Part shown: positions 1 through 14,689 of the stretch, piece after piece
Position numbering within the stretch: the first letter of the stretch is position 1
Layout: each line of letters starts with the position of its first letter
Origin: Lingula anatina
Taxonomy: Eukaryota; Animalia; Brachiopoda
Length of the DNA stretch: 64,000 nt
Reading direction: 5' to 3'
Assembly (NCBI GenBank): GCA_051362555.1
Contig: CM120640.1
Coordinates: 52,802,788 to 52,866,787 of the forward strand
Notes under the pieces: model-generated
The model's database searches: none
Seen by the model: the letters and a program-made list of their open reading frames with translations, nothing else
Told to the model about the DNA's origin: nothing
Program-made: the position numbers and the translations under genes

Positions 1-1964
1 CAACACCCTGAGCAATTATGTACACCAGTTAACTAACAGCTGTTCACTTTTTTGTTTTGCTATTTCACACATACCTCTTGCACAAAATATGTTCATATTG
101 AGAAAAAAAAGTGAGGAAAAAACATACTTCCCTGTTAACATTGATAACAATCAGTTTTCTGATGTTTTCTCCCATTTTCTGGCATTTGTTCCATATATCT
201 TAGTTTTATGCCAGACACTTACTATTATACAGTATATACCACCCCTTCTGTGCTACCTGAGTACTCGCTGATGGTATTTTTATGGCAATTAAGTGTTAAG
301 ATGCATTTTAGTGTTAAACATAAATGTAAAATACCACTCTATAAATTGCACCATGTATCTCAAAAATTCCTGAACTACAGGTGTGAATTTAAACCAAAAA
401 CAAGACCCACTCCTGTTGGAACAAGACTAATTCCTATTAAAGGACCTCCAAAATTACTTTGTACTTTCCAACACCCCCTACCCCATGGTCCCTCCCCCCC
501 CCCCCCCCCCCCACTACCACTTTGCTAATATCTATCAAACTTGATTGCTCATACATGTATGACATGTACACAACTTAACAGAAAGTACACTATTGCAAGT
601 AAGCATCTTCTCTTTCTCACATCTTTTTAGTAGTTCACAAAGATAAATAATTATTATTATAATAATTTTATTGAGCACTAAAATGTTTCAGTACATTTTG
701 CAGGCCCTCTAAACTACTTGTATATATATATATACATTAAGTACAATCTAGACCTATTATCACAATAAAAATAAATAAGTAAATAATAACAATAATAATA
801 ATAATAATAATAATAATAAGATAAAAATACCTATATTACATAATAACAATTACATTGTTCTGTATTGCGGTAGACTTGCTCATTATTATTGACAGGCTAG
901 TCTTTTTTTAAATGTTTGTTGGATGAAGTGACACACGGTTTTTAGGGAGTGTTCACTTTGAGGATTGAGAAGCCAGGCAAGTTTTTCTAAATCAGATGAC
1001 ATTTGCGGCGGTATCATTTTTATCATTTTTTCTCTTTCATTCACATGCTCATTACATTTAAGTAGGAAATGCACTTCTGTTTCAACATCGTTGCAATGTG
1101 GACAGGGTCTCCAAACTCCCTTATTTCCTCAATATATACCTGAAGTCATTGCCATGATGCTGGAGATAATATGTACACCAAAACAAAAACTAAAAAAAAA
1201 AATTAAGGTCTCCAAACCCTACCCTTGCTTGCCTTAAGAGTTCATCTATTACATATTAACAGTCTGAACAGTACATGTACTATCATTAACTTATCTTTCA
1301 GTCAACACATGAGTTCAAAAGGCTACTATCAAAGTCAGACTTAAAGTGTGATGTGTGCAGCAATCTATTTATCTTGTAACCAACCAGACATACCAGTGGC
1401 ATACACTTAGACAGTAGTAAGAGTGTACATGTAGTTGTATACATTTATGTAGTTGTATGTATTAATGTAGTTTATGTACATGTAGTTGCAGTAGAAGTGT
1501 CTGTCACCACAGTAATGATCAGCTTGGCCTACTGATTAGGAAATAGGGGGCGAAACTGATGGATTTTTGGGGGGTCATTCTGCCATCAAATTATTTATTG
1601 TATTCATGTGGACAAGCTGTATGGGGGTCAGCTCTATGTTATGAAGGTTAGCAGCTAATACTAAGGTCTGCTAGTACAAAAAAGGCAAAAAATGTTCTTT
1701 TAGGACCTGTGAAATCTGGGGTTTGCTATGGTGAAGGTCTGTTATTCCAAAGGTTTGCTATTCTGAAAAGGTATATTGAAACAATAGCTATGCTTCACAA
1801 ATTGCATACGTTGCGTAATTGGTATATAATTGTACATAGCTTCTGCGCTTCTTTCGACATGCATTTCAGAAGAATACTGAACCTTCGGAAAAGTAAACCT
1901 GAATAAAGAAGTGCACCTGCTGCATGGTCTACAGCAAGTGGCAAAACAGTGGACTATTGCCAAT

Positions 1965-2236
1965 GGCCCCATTCAGAATGGATGATCCGAGTACTTACTG
2001 ATCAGCCAACTAAATATGGCCCACCACAATTCAAAAGCGATGCCGCCGATTCCCGATGGTCTCCCTGCCTCCACATGCGCCATCACTGCAGGGACACTGC
2101 AGAGATTTAATCCTTTTAAAAGAGCGGTGGAGTAGGGGAGACTGTCAGGAATCAGCGGCATTGCTTATGAACTATGGTCAGCAATATTTAGTGAGGGGAT
2201 CAGTAAGTACTCGGATCATCCATTCTGAATGGTCCC
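1965..2236. mobile_element. MITE family B, copy 1 (long TIRs, 3-bp TSD; PIF/Harbinger-like)
   Basis: Ends GGCCCCATTCAGAATGGATGATCCGAGTACTTACTGATC and GATCAGTAAGTACTCGGATCATCCATTCTGAATGGTCCC; AAT flanks both sides; related copy at 31626. Confidence 0.85.
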
Positions 2237-3482
2237 AATGAGACATCCTAGCTAAAGTGCTAACTAAGCTAAGGTTACAACAAAGTTGAATGTAAAAAAC
2301 TGGAACAGAAAGGGCCTCACCAAATATGACCAAAACCAAGCTGCACCTGCAGGAATTTCATGGTCAATTTTATGATGCTCAATCAGGATCAGGGAGACCG
2401 ACCACCCACCTTTCTCTTTGCTGTCAACTGACCCACACTGCTGTCACTAACAACAATCAGTGACCCAAGCCACAAGATCTAAAATCAAACTGACTCCAGA
2501 TTATATTACAAAGGCTGTAGTTATATACAGATTGAAGCACTGCCACAAAAAGAGGAGAAAGTTAAGCCCTGTGGGTACATTTTCCTGCTGACCCAAACAA
2601 GGCCACCTTCTTACAAAACCCTGACCCTAGGAAGAGTTAATCATTTCACAAGGTTATCATTTTAAGCAGGTGGGAGCTCATTCATGATTTACTGTGCACA
2701 GATAATAAACACAGACACAATAAAATATCATATCTGCTTTACACACAAGGCATACAAACACAAGCAAAACACAAACCATGCACAAACAGAAGAACACATA
2801 CTCATGATATGGAAATGTATTTATATACACAAACATATCTGCATTCACCCACTAATTTACATTTTCAAAACCTCCCTCATTCAATTGTCAGAAATCAAAC
2901 TGCCATCACTGTTTGAGGACATTCCTAAAACAAATGCTTATAACAGAAAAAATTGAATGTCTGCATCTTGCCATGGGAGCATGTATACCTCTAAAATCAC
3001 AAAATTTGTTTTTCCTTCATTAAAAATCAATCAAGAGAAACTATTCCAAATATTCAGTATTGATAGGGTCTTTCTCTGTAGGTGTGCTGATAAGACCAGG
3101 TAACCGGAGTCCAGCCTTGGGTACTTAAAAGTTTATGTTTTATGGTTGTCTGGTCACGTTTATCACTAATGATGGGAAAGGGGAGAAGACAATGGTCAGC
3201 GGTCATTCTATACTAGCCACCCTTAATTCATGGTCAGTTGACATGTAGCTGGCAGCAGCACAATGGTTAACATATTCTGGACAATGTCAAATCATTTCCA
3301 GTGCAAATTGTAACTAAAAAATGAACAATCATTGAAAATAGTGTACATATCATTTACAGGAAATAATTTGTATCATTACTGCATTTGTATAATGCCCGAG
3401 TTTTTGTGCATATATAAGAAAAAATAAGGTATAGGGAAAAATGAGGTTTAGGGAAATAATGAGAAACAGTATTGTCATTCAC

Positions 3483-3772
3483 CTGGCCAAGGTCCAGTGT
3501 AATGGTCACCCAATCATACTGCCATCCATTGGCTAAACTTGGACTCTGCCACCACCGATTTGACCCATCAATGGCATTCTGAATAGGATGACGCTGGTAT
3601 GGCAAATCACCATTAGCATCGCATATCCCACATTGGTAATTCTTCATCATAAGCTGCTTGACATGTTCCACCAGCTTGCAGTAGGTCTCTGGGCCCGTTT
3701 CTCCACATGTGGCATTACTGGTAATATCTGCTTCCGTAGCCAAGTTGAAAATCACAGGGAACTTTCCTTCAT
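3483..3772 (-). CDS. LAMA1/2: Laminin alpha chain, coding exon 2 (start of the laminin N-terminal LN domain); the gene continues left of the window
   Basis: EGKFPVIFNLATEADITSNATCGETGPETYCKLVEHV...CGICDA...HPIQNAIDGSNRWWQSPSLANGWQYDWVTITLDLGQ matches the laminin alpha-1/2 LN domain start. Acceptor tctttcag, donor CAG|GTGAAT. Confidence 0.95.
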
Positions 3773-4328
3773 CTGAAAGATATAAAAGAAAAAATATTAA
3801 ACCACAGGAAAAAAATGTCCTTACATAAAAAGAACGAGAATTAGTTTGAAATATGTATTGTAAAATACAGGTACACATATTTTCGTGGCAAAAAAATGAT
3901 GTAAGGGTATATAATTTGGAAACAATATATCTGAATACATTTGGAAAAACTCCCAAAATGTATGCAATAAAACTGCTTTGAAATGACTAACTGCAAAGAA
4001 AAAATGTAAATTGTGCAATTGTATTCAAATGACCATTCCTCTGTGCAGAAGCATCAGCTTCACATTTTAATGCTGAAAAGAAAGAACAATACCATTAGGC
4101 CTGGATATTTCATGGTTGTCAGATTACTGTTTTTCTGTGTGTTTTGACATGAACCACCCCAGTGCACAGCACAAAACACCCAAATAAACAGTTTTTGGTA
4201 TGCAAGGTAGTGTTACATGTTTAACAAGCCCTTGCTTTTCTAACCAAAAGAAGAAATGTAGACATATAATCTGGTTTCACATAAATGCAGTTTAAGTCAA
4301 TTTGTTTTTACTTCTTTTGCAACATTAA

Positions 4329-4574
4329 GGGGTCATTCCCACAGATATTTGGACCGATCTATCTCCCTGGGGAGTCTCACTAAATTGCTATTGACGTAAC
4401 CAGCTTAAATGTCTGTCACGCCTAGTGAAGCTGTTAGGGGGTAATTATCTTTACCCCAGCTGATTCGGTAGGCATGACAGACATTTAAGCCTCTTGAGCT
4501 GATAGCAATTTAGCGTGAACCCCCAGGGAGTTAGGTCAATCCAGATGGATCGATCTAAGTATGGGAACCCAGTC
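4329..4574 (+). mobile_element. MITE family A, diverged longer copy
   Basis: GGGGTCATTCCCACAGAT...ATGGGAACCCAGTC flanked by TAA/TAA; shares the internal blocks CCCTGGGGAGTCTCACTA and TTAGCGTGAACCCCCAGGGAGTTAGGTC with the 215-bp copies. Confidence 0.75.
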
Positions 4575-4662
4575 TAAGGCAAAATAGGTTCGCTATGACA
4601 AAGGTTCACTTTGCTCTAGGTCTTCTATGATTCACTCCCAAATGCATGTATAGGTACAGATA

Positions 4663-4877
4663 GGCTCTATTCCCATAGATTTTAGATTGATCTATCCCCG
4701 CGGGGAGTCTTACTAGATTACTTTCAGATAATCCGACTTAAATGTCCGTCCCGCCTACTACAAGCTGTAAGGGAGTAATTAACTTTCGTGTCCGCCCGGC
4801 TGACAGCTATTTAGCGTGAACCCCCAGGGAGTTAGGTCGATCTAAAGTAGGTCGATCTAATCTATGGAAATGGGGTG
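4663..4877 (+). mobile_element. MITE family A, 215 bp (Tourist/PIF-Harbinger-like)
   Basis: GGCTCTATTCCCATAGAT...ATCTATGGAAATGGGGTG with 3-bp TSD ATA/ATA; near-identical reverse complement of 5596-5810 and 29161-29374. Confidence 0.9.
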
Positions 4878-5595
4878 ATAGAGTGCAAAGATAGCAAATA
4901 AAGTATAGTCAACAAATTGTCAGTGGGAACTACTGTTGTGAAAGTGAAAGCATTCTTTATGAAATGCAACACAACATACAGTTGATATTCTCATTGCGCT
5001 TCAAGCATAATAATAATAATAAGCTTTATTAGGAGGTGAGTTACACATTATATTGCACTATACAGTTTAATTCTTAGTTGTTATTGTTAGGAATTATCCA
5101 TGTACCAAGTCTGCGCAGATCGCAAAAAAATGCAAATAGCATACAGTAGATTTGAATGAGAGAGAGAGAAAGAAGGAGAGAGGTGAACATAAAAAAAAGG
5201 AAAAAAAGCCCACAGTATCCAAACTACCAGGGCAGCACTATTTAAATACAGATTCTAAAAACAGAGTGACTGCTTCTGGAGCTGGTTACTGTTTCAGTTG
5301 AATGAAGGACGAAATGAAGTGGTATGTATTGGGACCCTCCTATGACAGTTATAAAGACTTGAGCAGCAAGTACCTGTCAGAACCAAGACTGGAATTGGTG
5401 CACAAAGAGGGCAAGCTTTGGAATGTGAATAAGTTACCTTCATTCCTCTTTCATATCATCTCTCAAAATAAATTAGCCTTAAGTAGACACCTTAATGGCA
5501 TATACATATCAATTTTAACTTGAGCAAACAAGACCCTCCCTCTCATGGTTTTTTTTTACATGTCACCATTCCTTTTACCTCCCTTTTATTTTTAA

Positions 5596-5810
5596 GACCC
5601 CATTTCCAGAGATTAGATCGATCTACTTTAGATCGACCTAACTCCCTGGGGGTTCATGCTAAATAGCTGTCAGCCGAGTGGACACGAAAGTTAATTACCC
5701 CCTTACAGCTTGTAGTAGGCGGGACGGACATTTAAGCTGGATTATCTGACAGTAATCTAGTGAGACTCCCCACGGGGATAGATCGATCTAAAAGCTCTGG
5801 GAATACAGCC
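5596..5810 (-). mobile_element. MITE family A, 215 bp
   Basis: Reverse-complement copy of 4663-4877; TSD TAA/TAA. Confidence 0.9.
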
Positions 5811-6099
5811 TAAATCTTTCTTGACTTCCTTCTTTTGTGCACACCTTTTTTTTATTTATACAATGTGCAAAGAAGTCCTAAATACCTTCCTTTAAATATT
5901 TCCACATGAAATTTTTACCAGTTTTCCTTTTTCTGTCTGTAGGTAATTTTTCGATTTTCACTTATTCATACTTCCCTTCCCTTTATCAGCACTATACCCC
6001 TCCCCTTCCAACTCTCCTCTAAATCATTCCCTTCATTTTTTCAAGAAATCTTTTAATCTACTGCACCACACCTTAGTATTTGTTATTTAATGATTTTAT

Positions 6100-6560
6100 T
6101 TCATTATGCCTCACGCCCCAAAACTACTAATGGTTGTTGCACTGAATGAAGATAGAGCTTTCCTCCACCACTATCACTCCCCTTTATCAACTTGATAAGA
6201 GGGGGTGCGAATTGAGGAAGAGCAATTTTCCTTGCACCTGTTCTATAACAATGAGGAAATACATACAAGTATATTAAATAGGTACATATTGAGATAAAGG
6301 TATTGTTCATCAAAAGGATGAGACCACTGTTCTGGGCTTATCCACCATACAAGACTATATACATTTAGTGAATAGTCTTGAAGTCGGGCAGAGCATTTAT
6401 CCAGCTTAATCTGATGTCATTTAGACTGGGTACAGTGATTTGCGCTCCTGTGTAAAATGTGTAAGAAGTTAAAGCACGATACATACTCATTAGCACAGAA
6501 AAATAAATTAAATTTTGAAAGTTGATCAACATTGCAAACATGTCCAACAAATAAAAATAC
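6100..6560 (-). mobile_element. Possible decayed CR1/L2 LINE 3' end
   Basis: Minus-strand translation TFYTGAQITVPSLNDIRLS...LPDFK loosely resembles the LINE ORF2 C-terminal FxYxGAxxWNxLPxxIR...FK segment, and is followed by an A-rich tail. Weak. Confidence 0.3.
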
Positions 6561-8820
6561 ATTCCGTAATAATAAGGTTTTACTCTATGTAAAATTTAAG
6601 CATACCCAATAAAGTAAAAAGTTGAATGCCATACAAGAGTGGCTTCAAAAAAGGGAGAAAGGCAAAGGAAGACATGATTTACATGTATAATGACATTCTC
6701 TACGTGATGTCGAAGTACATTCTCTCTAAACCATCTCCTTGCAAGAGGATTTATGTGTGTGGTATTCTTAGTAGGATAGAGGTGCTTAACAATACCACAC
6801 AGCCCTTCATTTTGGTTAGGGTGGAAATCTCATTCAAACTTCAAACTTCAAAGACTATATCCCACTGCTGGCAATAAGCTGCAAAGAGGCGAGAAAACAA
6901 AACAAACAAACCATTCACACAGCACTTCTGGAATATTGTGAAGTGTTTCTTTGATGTTGTTTCGTGTAGGGCCTGACCTGCAGTTCTCTTACCTCTAACA
7001 CCTGTGACCCCAGAGTTAATTTGATACCTTTATTTAAGCTGCAATAAAAAGGGGAAGGCAAACAATAAAACAAGTAAAACTTCGATAATGTTACCAGAGT
7101 AGTCAACGTGGAGTGCAGGTATTGTATCTAGAGTCATAATAAGTCAATCTATGGCCAGGTTAAAGAGGAACGCCTTTGTTGATGGTTTGACTCCTATTTT
7201 ATTGCATTACACCTTATGGTTAAAAATTAAAGGAAGATAGAATGGTGTCACCTTCAATTGACAGGACAAACCAATTACACACTCTAATGCTATCACCTAA
7301 AGGATAGGGTGTCATTGGCTTAAAAGGAGAGGGGGGTTGCTGGTACAAGGGTGGGAGGGAAGGTTAGTCTCCTTGGCTAACTGCCAAATGTTGAATTTTT
7401 AATGTCTAGCTTTGATTGCTGTCGACAAAGTTTGTGGCTGGATTGGGGAGATAATGGTCATTCTGAAATATGCCCATCTCTTCAGGTATCAAATGCCTAG
7501 GATTGCCATTGGTTTCATTTAACTAGCTATGACAATAAATGGACTTCACTGCACATTGTAATTCTTTAATCATTCTTTACTGTACCTAATTTATTTAACC
7601 TCAATTATAATATATATTGGAGAAAACACCCATAGTGACATAACAGATCTAAAGAAGTCTGCTTGTCACTGGTTGATGAAATTGGACAAGATGACAAGGT
7701 AAAACAGGTAGAAGGTACATCTATGTTGCCCAGGGTAACATAACAGCTGTATGTTGCTAACCCATGTGTTGAAATAATTCATAAATGAGAGAAGGGGATG
7801 TTTCTGCCCATCACATGATTTAACAAGTCATTGCTGCAGGTTCATTTGCTAGCACTAATGAATCCAATTACTAAAACAGCTGATACTTTATCAAAAAAAT
7901 GTAAAACAATACTAGACAATCAATTACGAACTGCACGGACCCAGTCTGAAATACAGTCTGGGAAATTTGGGATCAACTAAAGGTGGAACATTAAGTCATT
8001 TATAATATGGCCACCTAATGACAAAATTAGACTTATACTGAATACCTATAGTAATAAAACCTGGTAATAATGAGAATTATACCCCATCCATTGTGCTAGG
8101 GCTCTTTCATCAGCTTAACCCCACCCAGGTGCCAGACTTTCATTGAGACCATAACTCCATTGATCACAATGGTTAGAAACCCTCTGTACTTGAAGGTGGT
8201 ATATCATTATGACTAGTTCATCAAACCATGGTTATGCACTTGACTATGTGTACAAATCACATACACTGGACTCAAAGCATACCAAGGTAGTATGTAATTA
8301 GGAATAGATAAACTAGTAAGGTACCACACATGGGTTATGCAGTCAACTTGTTTAGTGCATGCAGTGCCCTTTGCTGAACTCAGTCAAAATTTATTGTTTA
8401 AATTCTGCAGAAGCAACCACCCCTCCCCTGTTGTGAATTAAGTAATACATATCTTGCAACACTTTAACAAAAAGGTTTTAGGGTTGTTCCAGGTTCGCAA
8501 AATGTGTAAATACTGCTCAAGTGGCCACTACTGGTATTTTCCAAAGGACAAAGCCAGGACAGTATACACAACCTTATTAAAACCCTGTACTGTTGTATCA
8601 AATTATATAATCTTGTTAGCACGCCTTTTTCAATCCTATCAGTTCATGTTGACTTCTTGTCTTATGGTGTTGACTGTTCTGACTTGCACCCACTAGATCT
8701 GGAAGTCAGGTAGGGGATAGGCATGTGGAGTGTAATATCATTATGGGTACTATACAACATAGGTAGAGGTGGAATTTGAGAACGGGAGTACCTCTGGCAA
8801 AACTGATGAACACTGTACCT

Positions 8821-8881
<61 letters not shown>
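8821..8881. repeat. 61-nt poly(G) tract
   Basis: Uninterrupted G run. Shorter C/G runs occur at 494-512, 26449-26466 and 28075-28092. Confidence 0.95.
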
Positions 8882-8882
<1 letters not shown>

Positions 8883-11800
8883 GTGGAAAAGGGGTCATGC
8901 TCCAAAAATAAGTAGATGGAATCTATTTTTTTCGCTCCCATTCACCTATACTTTTGATGTTAGAACAGGGGCTGCAGGGGCACCATCTTCACAGGGTGTC
9001 CTTGTGTAATTCTAACACTTCAAAATATCTTTACAAGCAATCTGCAATATTGTCAAACTTAATACCCCAAAAAATACCAGTTTTAATTATTCTGTGATAA
9101 TTTTTTTTAAAATAAAGTCTGTTCTCATGTTTCACAATTTGCAAATTCAAATCACATGTGAGACTAATCCATCTGAAGAGTTATCTGGTTCATTTCATTC
9201 TTCATTAGTGAAGGTGATGAAGCCTTTATATTGAAATTAACAGCCACCAAGATGCTTTTTATCAAAGTTAACTCCTCCTCTCCCCCCCCCTCCAACACAC
9301 ATCCTTACTAAAACATAAATCTATTATAAAAAGCAAAAAAAAAATTAATTATTATTTGAAATATCACATGAGCTTTATTATTAAACATGCAAATTAAAGA
9401 GTGAAAAGAATGTAAATGTCCTTTCAATAGTTGCAAAAGTGAAGAAAGCAAATCCTATTCAATAACTTTACTTTTCATTGATTTTACCATTCTGACCTGG
9501 TCATTCCCACCAAAATCCAGTAAAATCTTCATGGTATTCATTAGTTTTTATGCCCTGGACAACTGAAAGGCCACCAGCTGTGGTATTTTTTCATCTTTTT
9601 TTTAAACATATGTATGCTTGAGGTTAAAAAACTTTTTAACTTGTTTATCATGAAGTTTCCTGTAACATATAGCATGTGCTACTCTGTTTATGTATGACAC
9701 TTGAGTGACATAAAAAACTGAGTAAGAGGTGTAATATTACACAAAGGTGTTTTCCAGAACCAATCCCAGTTTCTTTTCCATTTAGTCAATTAAAACAATG
9801 TAATCACACTGTCAAACTCAAACATGACGAGTCTAAAGAGTCAATTCGCTTTACCAGCGCTGATAGCACACCCAAGTCATGTTTATATATATAATAAATA
9901 GTAGCCATCCTTTCCTGCTGAAACAAGTACAGGGCTGCCATGATTGAAGAAAGGAAATGTGAGAGATGTGTCGATGCTCATGTGCTACTGTGCAAACACG
10001 TATACCACATATACCTTCTAACACTTCAACTAGTAACAAGGCTGTCCGATATTATAGAAAATGGGATCCCTGTTAATCTACAGAAAACAGTAATGTCCTA
10101 CAAAACTCCCCCCCCCCAATCCCAATCAAGTCAGTGGTAAGTCATGTTCCAATAAAACCAATGGAAAATGCCCTGTCTTTCTAAAGCAAATGCTAACTGT
10201 CCTATTCTGCTCTATGAGTCATGTGCCTTCTTCATTTAAAAAAAAAATAATAATAATAATAGCTATTATAAAAAGATGGAACAAAAATATTTGAGTTTCA
10301 CGAACTAATGACCACTTGCTCCATTGAGAACTTGATCATTCAAGCAACCACCTCCTAACCCCACCCCCTTATCCCACCCCTCCCATCTTGTAGAATACCC
10401 ATAAGCTCCCTAAACCCTTTCATTGCAGCCAGCTTTCATGGAAGGATTAGATCCTAGGGTGACTTGTGGCAAAGGTGCCCTTCTAGGGTGACTGCACCTT
10501 GAAAGGTACATCATTAAAATTCAATGCTTTTATCCAACAATGTAAGGGAAAGAATGGGACGGGGTATTTGATACTAGTCTATATTGTACTGTCAAATATC
10601 ATGTAACAACCACTCTGTGCTAGAAGGCACAGGAAGACATTGGGAGTGGATAAAACTTCCTTTCAACAGTAATAAGATGGGAGCTGCCACAAATGTAACA
10701 GTTTCTATTCTGTCTGTTTTCATATGTTGACGCACAACTGTGTGGGTTTTGCATTTAAATTTGTGGTGCACTGTGTTTTTTTCAATGACTGTCTTTATGC
10801 ATTGCTTTTCATTCAGAACACCAGGTCTTAAAAAATGCACTAATGGCTTTTTACACTTCCTTCCCAAACACACAGTGATCAATGGCTAATGCACCCCTGA
10901 ACATACACGGAATTACATTAACATTTTCAGTTGTTGAGTTCTAGATTTTAGCTTGCACGATAGAAAAAAAACTTTTGTAAACTTCCAACAATATCTACAA
11001 CTAGATGAGATGGTTTTCTGCTCACTGAGCACCCCTACAATACAACAGCACAGAAATCATTGAACTCTATAGCGGGGCTATGGAATGATATCTTTTTATC
11101 AATGATACAAAAACCTCAAATGAAGCCCTCATGCTGTGAAGTCCAAACATAAAGACAGGAGAGTTGTAAGCTAGCTCTTTCAATATTTGCCGTCCCCTTT
11201 TCTTTTATATTGCCCTTTGAAGTACCCCGACTCATACATCAATATACCGTGTTCTGTATTGCCGCCTGATAAGTACGTCCTTCACTCTAGATTATACTAC
11301 TTCACCGACTGCATTATCTTTTTCTATAATAGAGCAATCCAATTTCAATTTAATATAGTTTTATTCTTTGGTTTTTCTTCTTAATGTTATTCAGGAATGT
11401 TGCATTTGATAAGATTTATACCAAGGTCTACAACACTGCAAATCAGCATTCAAATTCAATGTGCATCTTATTTTAAAATGTCTAGCTACTGGTACATTGT
11501 ACAAAAGTAGTTTGACTCAAAAATATTGACTACTTTCCAATTATCAACAATGTTTCCTCTAAGATAAAATATAATTTCATAAGCAGTTTGCTTTGCAATG
11601 ATGATAAATAAGCATTAGATCTTACTGACATAGGACAAAATCAATTTTACATAATTCAAAATTTTAATTAAATACCAAGAATAAGTTACAGAAATAAATG
11701 CATGTATTTAGCATAACCAAATACAATTGTTTTCATGATTTTTCTGCAAAACTACTGATCATTTTTCATGACAGCTCTTCAAGTTAAAACAGTTCAGCAG

Positions 11801-14530
11801 AAATTCTTATGAAAGTATATGTAGCACTAGCAAAAAATTCAGTTTGAGTCACTATTTTACATTTGAAGTAAAGTAGGTTAGCATTTTTAAATGTTAATCT
11901 CTCACAAATAAGCACAAATGATCCAGTTCTTATTCACCCCTTGAAATGATTTTCATCCCATCCCAGAACACCTATAATATGTCATAAAACCTTTTAACTA
12001 AAATTCTAAAATGCTGAGATCTTGTTTTGTGAGGGTTAATGACTGGTTTCCCAAGGGTTAATGTTGCCCTATCAGGGGTGAGTGTCAGTGCAGACGGAGA
12101 GCACTGTCACATACCTGAATATCACCACTGAGAAGGACATCAGAATCTACCTTCAACTTGTCATTTTATGTAGATAAAATGTAAAACTGTGGTGAATTAA
12201 TTTCACAGGCCATCTTAGCGGCGTGTGAATTAATGATATGACTTGTTTTACATATGTAATTACTCATTTTACTGACCATAAGTAGCCAGGTAATTACTTC
12301 CTATAACACAGATTTATACAGGAACTGCCCTATGTCATCAGGCCTGTTTTGTGCTCCCATCCTGAGAAATGTTAATCATGGGGTTTTCCTTTTATCATTC
12401 TAAGTCATAGTTAATGGCCCAATAATTTGTTTCAAGCATATTCACATTTTCATATCATACCTAGAAGTAAGTTGAGATGCAGTATTTTATGAAAAATATA
12501 AGCACTAATAATTTTCATCTCAACTTAAATGTTTTGTGATTTAATGCTTTTTATCTGTGTGCACATCTTTCTACACACTACTATAGTAGTCTAGCACTCT
12601 CCACATCCTAAGCAAAAGAAACAACATAGAATACATTTAAACCATCTTTAACCATGACAGGCAATATTGCAAACATGTGCCTTGCAGGACTTTCTGATGT
12701 CCAACACCCTGTTCATAGCAATGACATAACAGGTTTGGGTGTACACTTGTGACACACTTAAATGGAAATAAATGTGATCATAGACCTGTATTGCTCTGGA
12801 ATCAAAGCCATGGTATCATTCCCGGGCAAATCAATATGCTGTAATCATTCCATAGTAAAAGCCCTTAACCATTTGATAACCTTTCCTTATGTATGCTTTG
12901 CTTAGCTAATCTAATTCAACTCTATGGATAACCCACCATTCATATACTGTAATTACTTAAGCTCCCCTGTTAAAGAAAACTCTTTGATCCCCCCTACGAA
13001 CTCGGGCGTATTTGGAGATGCTTTTCCCACTGCCTACCTGCCTATCACTGGTGTTTATTTTTCTTTACGCCTGGCTAGTCAAACTGAAACTGTTAATTTT
13101 CTACTGTGGCTTTGTTGGCCCAAGAAGGTGAGAGAGGTTGAATGGGACCTGCCAATTATGTTGGCTGTATGTAGCCATTAATCTTGCCTTTAGGAGGTTT
13201 ACTATGGTTATGTATTAATAACTATCACGAGCATCCGGCAACTCCCTTACTATCTAATAACAGACCCAACATTCAAATCTGATATGGGGAAACTGGTTGC
13301 ATAGATTTAAAATAGCACAATCAAAGAGATCATATCCTGCATATTATATCTAGCAAGGAAAATTCTCTTATGATTTTATACAGGGAGTCCATGCAATTAG
13401 AAATCTACAAAAATTTCTGCATAAAATGTACAAAATGTCTCACACTTGACTTTTTTTATACAAAACTTAATTACCAATAACTAATCACAAAAACTCCCTT
13501 GAAATACTTTATACAAGGCCTCAGACATGCTATTCATATTCCTCTTGAACTTAAACAGTAACATTAACCCAAGGGATCTGATAGGGTATGAAAATAGCAT
13601 GCCCTGTATACAAAGAGCTGAGAATCTGATGGTTCCATAATGATCACATTACAAATGATACAATACACCATCCTCCTTTGTCAATGAACAGCAGGTGTGA
13701 CATTACTTCACCAAAGCTAAACGGAACTGATTCTGATCTCAGAAATGAATCTGATCTTAGAAGAAGTGAATTTGATCTTACAAGAATTCCTGTCAGCTTG
13801 TTAGGCTATGCAAGCTATGCCTTGGTGGTATTAATAGTATTGTGATACCCCCACACTGCAGATAATGCAAGAATGCCATAATGCATTCACAATAGGCAAA
13901 TACTAACACCTCGGAACCCCATCAATTTTTCCTTATATAGGTGTAGAAACACATTATAACCGGAGCCTTTTAATGAGCTTCATGACAAAGGAGAGGCTGT
14001 TAGATCTGATTAAAAACTGCACTAAACTTGCCACACAAGTAACTCATCACATCGTAGAGCTAATAGATGGAGTGAACTGCTGTCAAAGCAAACTCATGCT
14101 GTGTTGTCTATTTCACTCGTCTATGATGACTTAGACCCCTGTGAAACTGATGCATTTGATACAGAAGATCCATTAAAATGAATGAAGAAGACCAAGCCCC
14201 TTACATTTACAGTTATACTAGACTTAATCGCTGCATTATTTATTGGGCACAAATATGATTTTTTTTCTACTTATAATCTTAAAATTTACAAATCTATTTA
14301 AAATTTAGGAGTTGTTTAAAACTCTTAATTTGTTCCAAACAATAAATAAAAAAAAAAACCCATAGCCACACTTTTTTCAGCAATTATCCCACAAATCACT
14401 TTTAAAGCACTAAAGATTAAAAGGAGAAAAGTCAAAAGAAAAATTTGACTCCAAGCGATAACCATGTGCATTAAGTATAATAAGCACATCCTCCTGTGCG
14501 AGAGATAACTTTTAACATCAAATTACTTAC

Positions 14531-14612
14531 GTTTATGTTCAAATAACTGCCCGCAGGTATATCCTGAAACTCCTAGTAATATAAGCAGCCAGTAATACGC
14601 TTGCTGCACCAT
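14531..14612 (-). CDS. LAMA1/2: Laminin alpha chain (alpha-1/2 type), coding exon 1 (signal peptide)
   Basis: ATG at 14612 gives MVQQAYYWLLILLGVSGYTCGQLFEHK, a hydrophobic signal peptide, followed by a GTAAGT donor at 14530. The exon is 82 nt (phase 1), which matches the phase of the LN exon acceptor at 3773 (C+AT = His). Confidence 0.8.
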
Positions 14613-14689
14613 TTTCCTGTTCGTTCCCTTCCCCTCTTCCAAGCCCTGCCCTACGTTTTTACCAGCAGCACCCTCATGCAGTCGTCCTA

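Noticed and set aside
1-3482. Further laminin exons
   Set aside because: No minus-strand exon continuing the LN domain was found; exon 3 presumably lies left of the window.
8662-9009. Poly-Pro and poly-Gly ORFs
   Set aside because: Artefacts of the poly(G) tract inside an intron.
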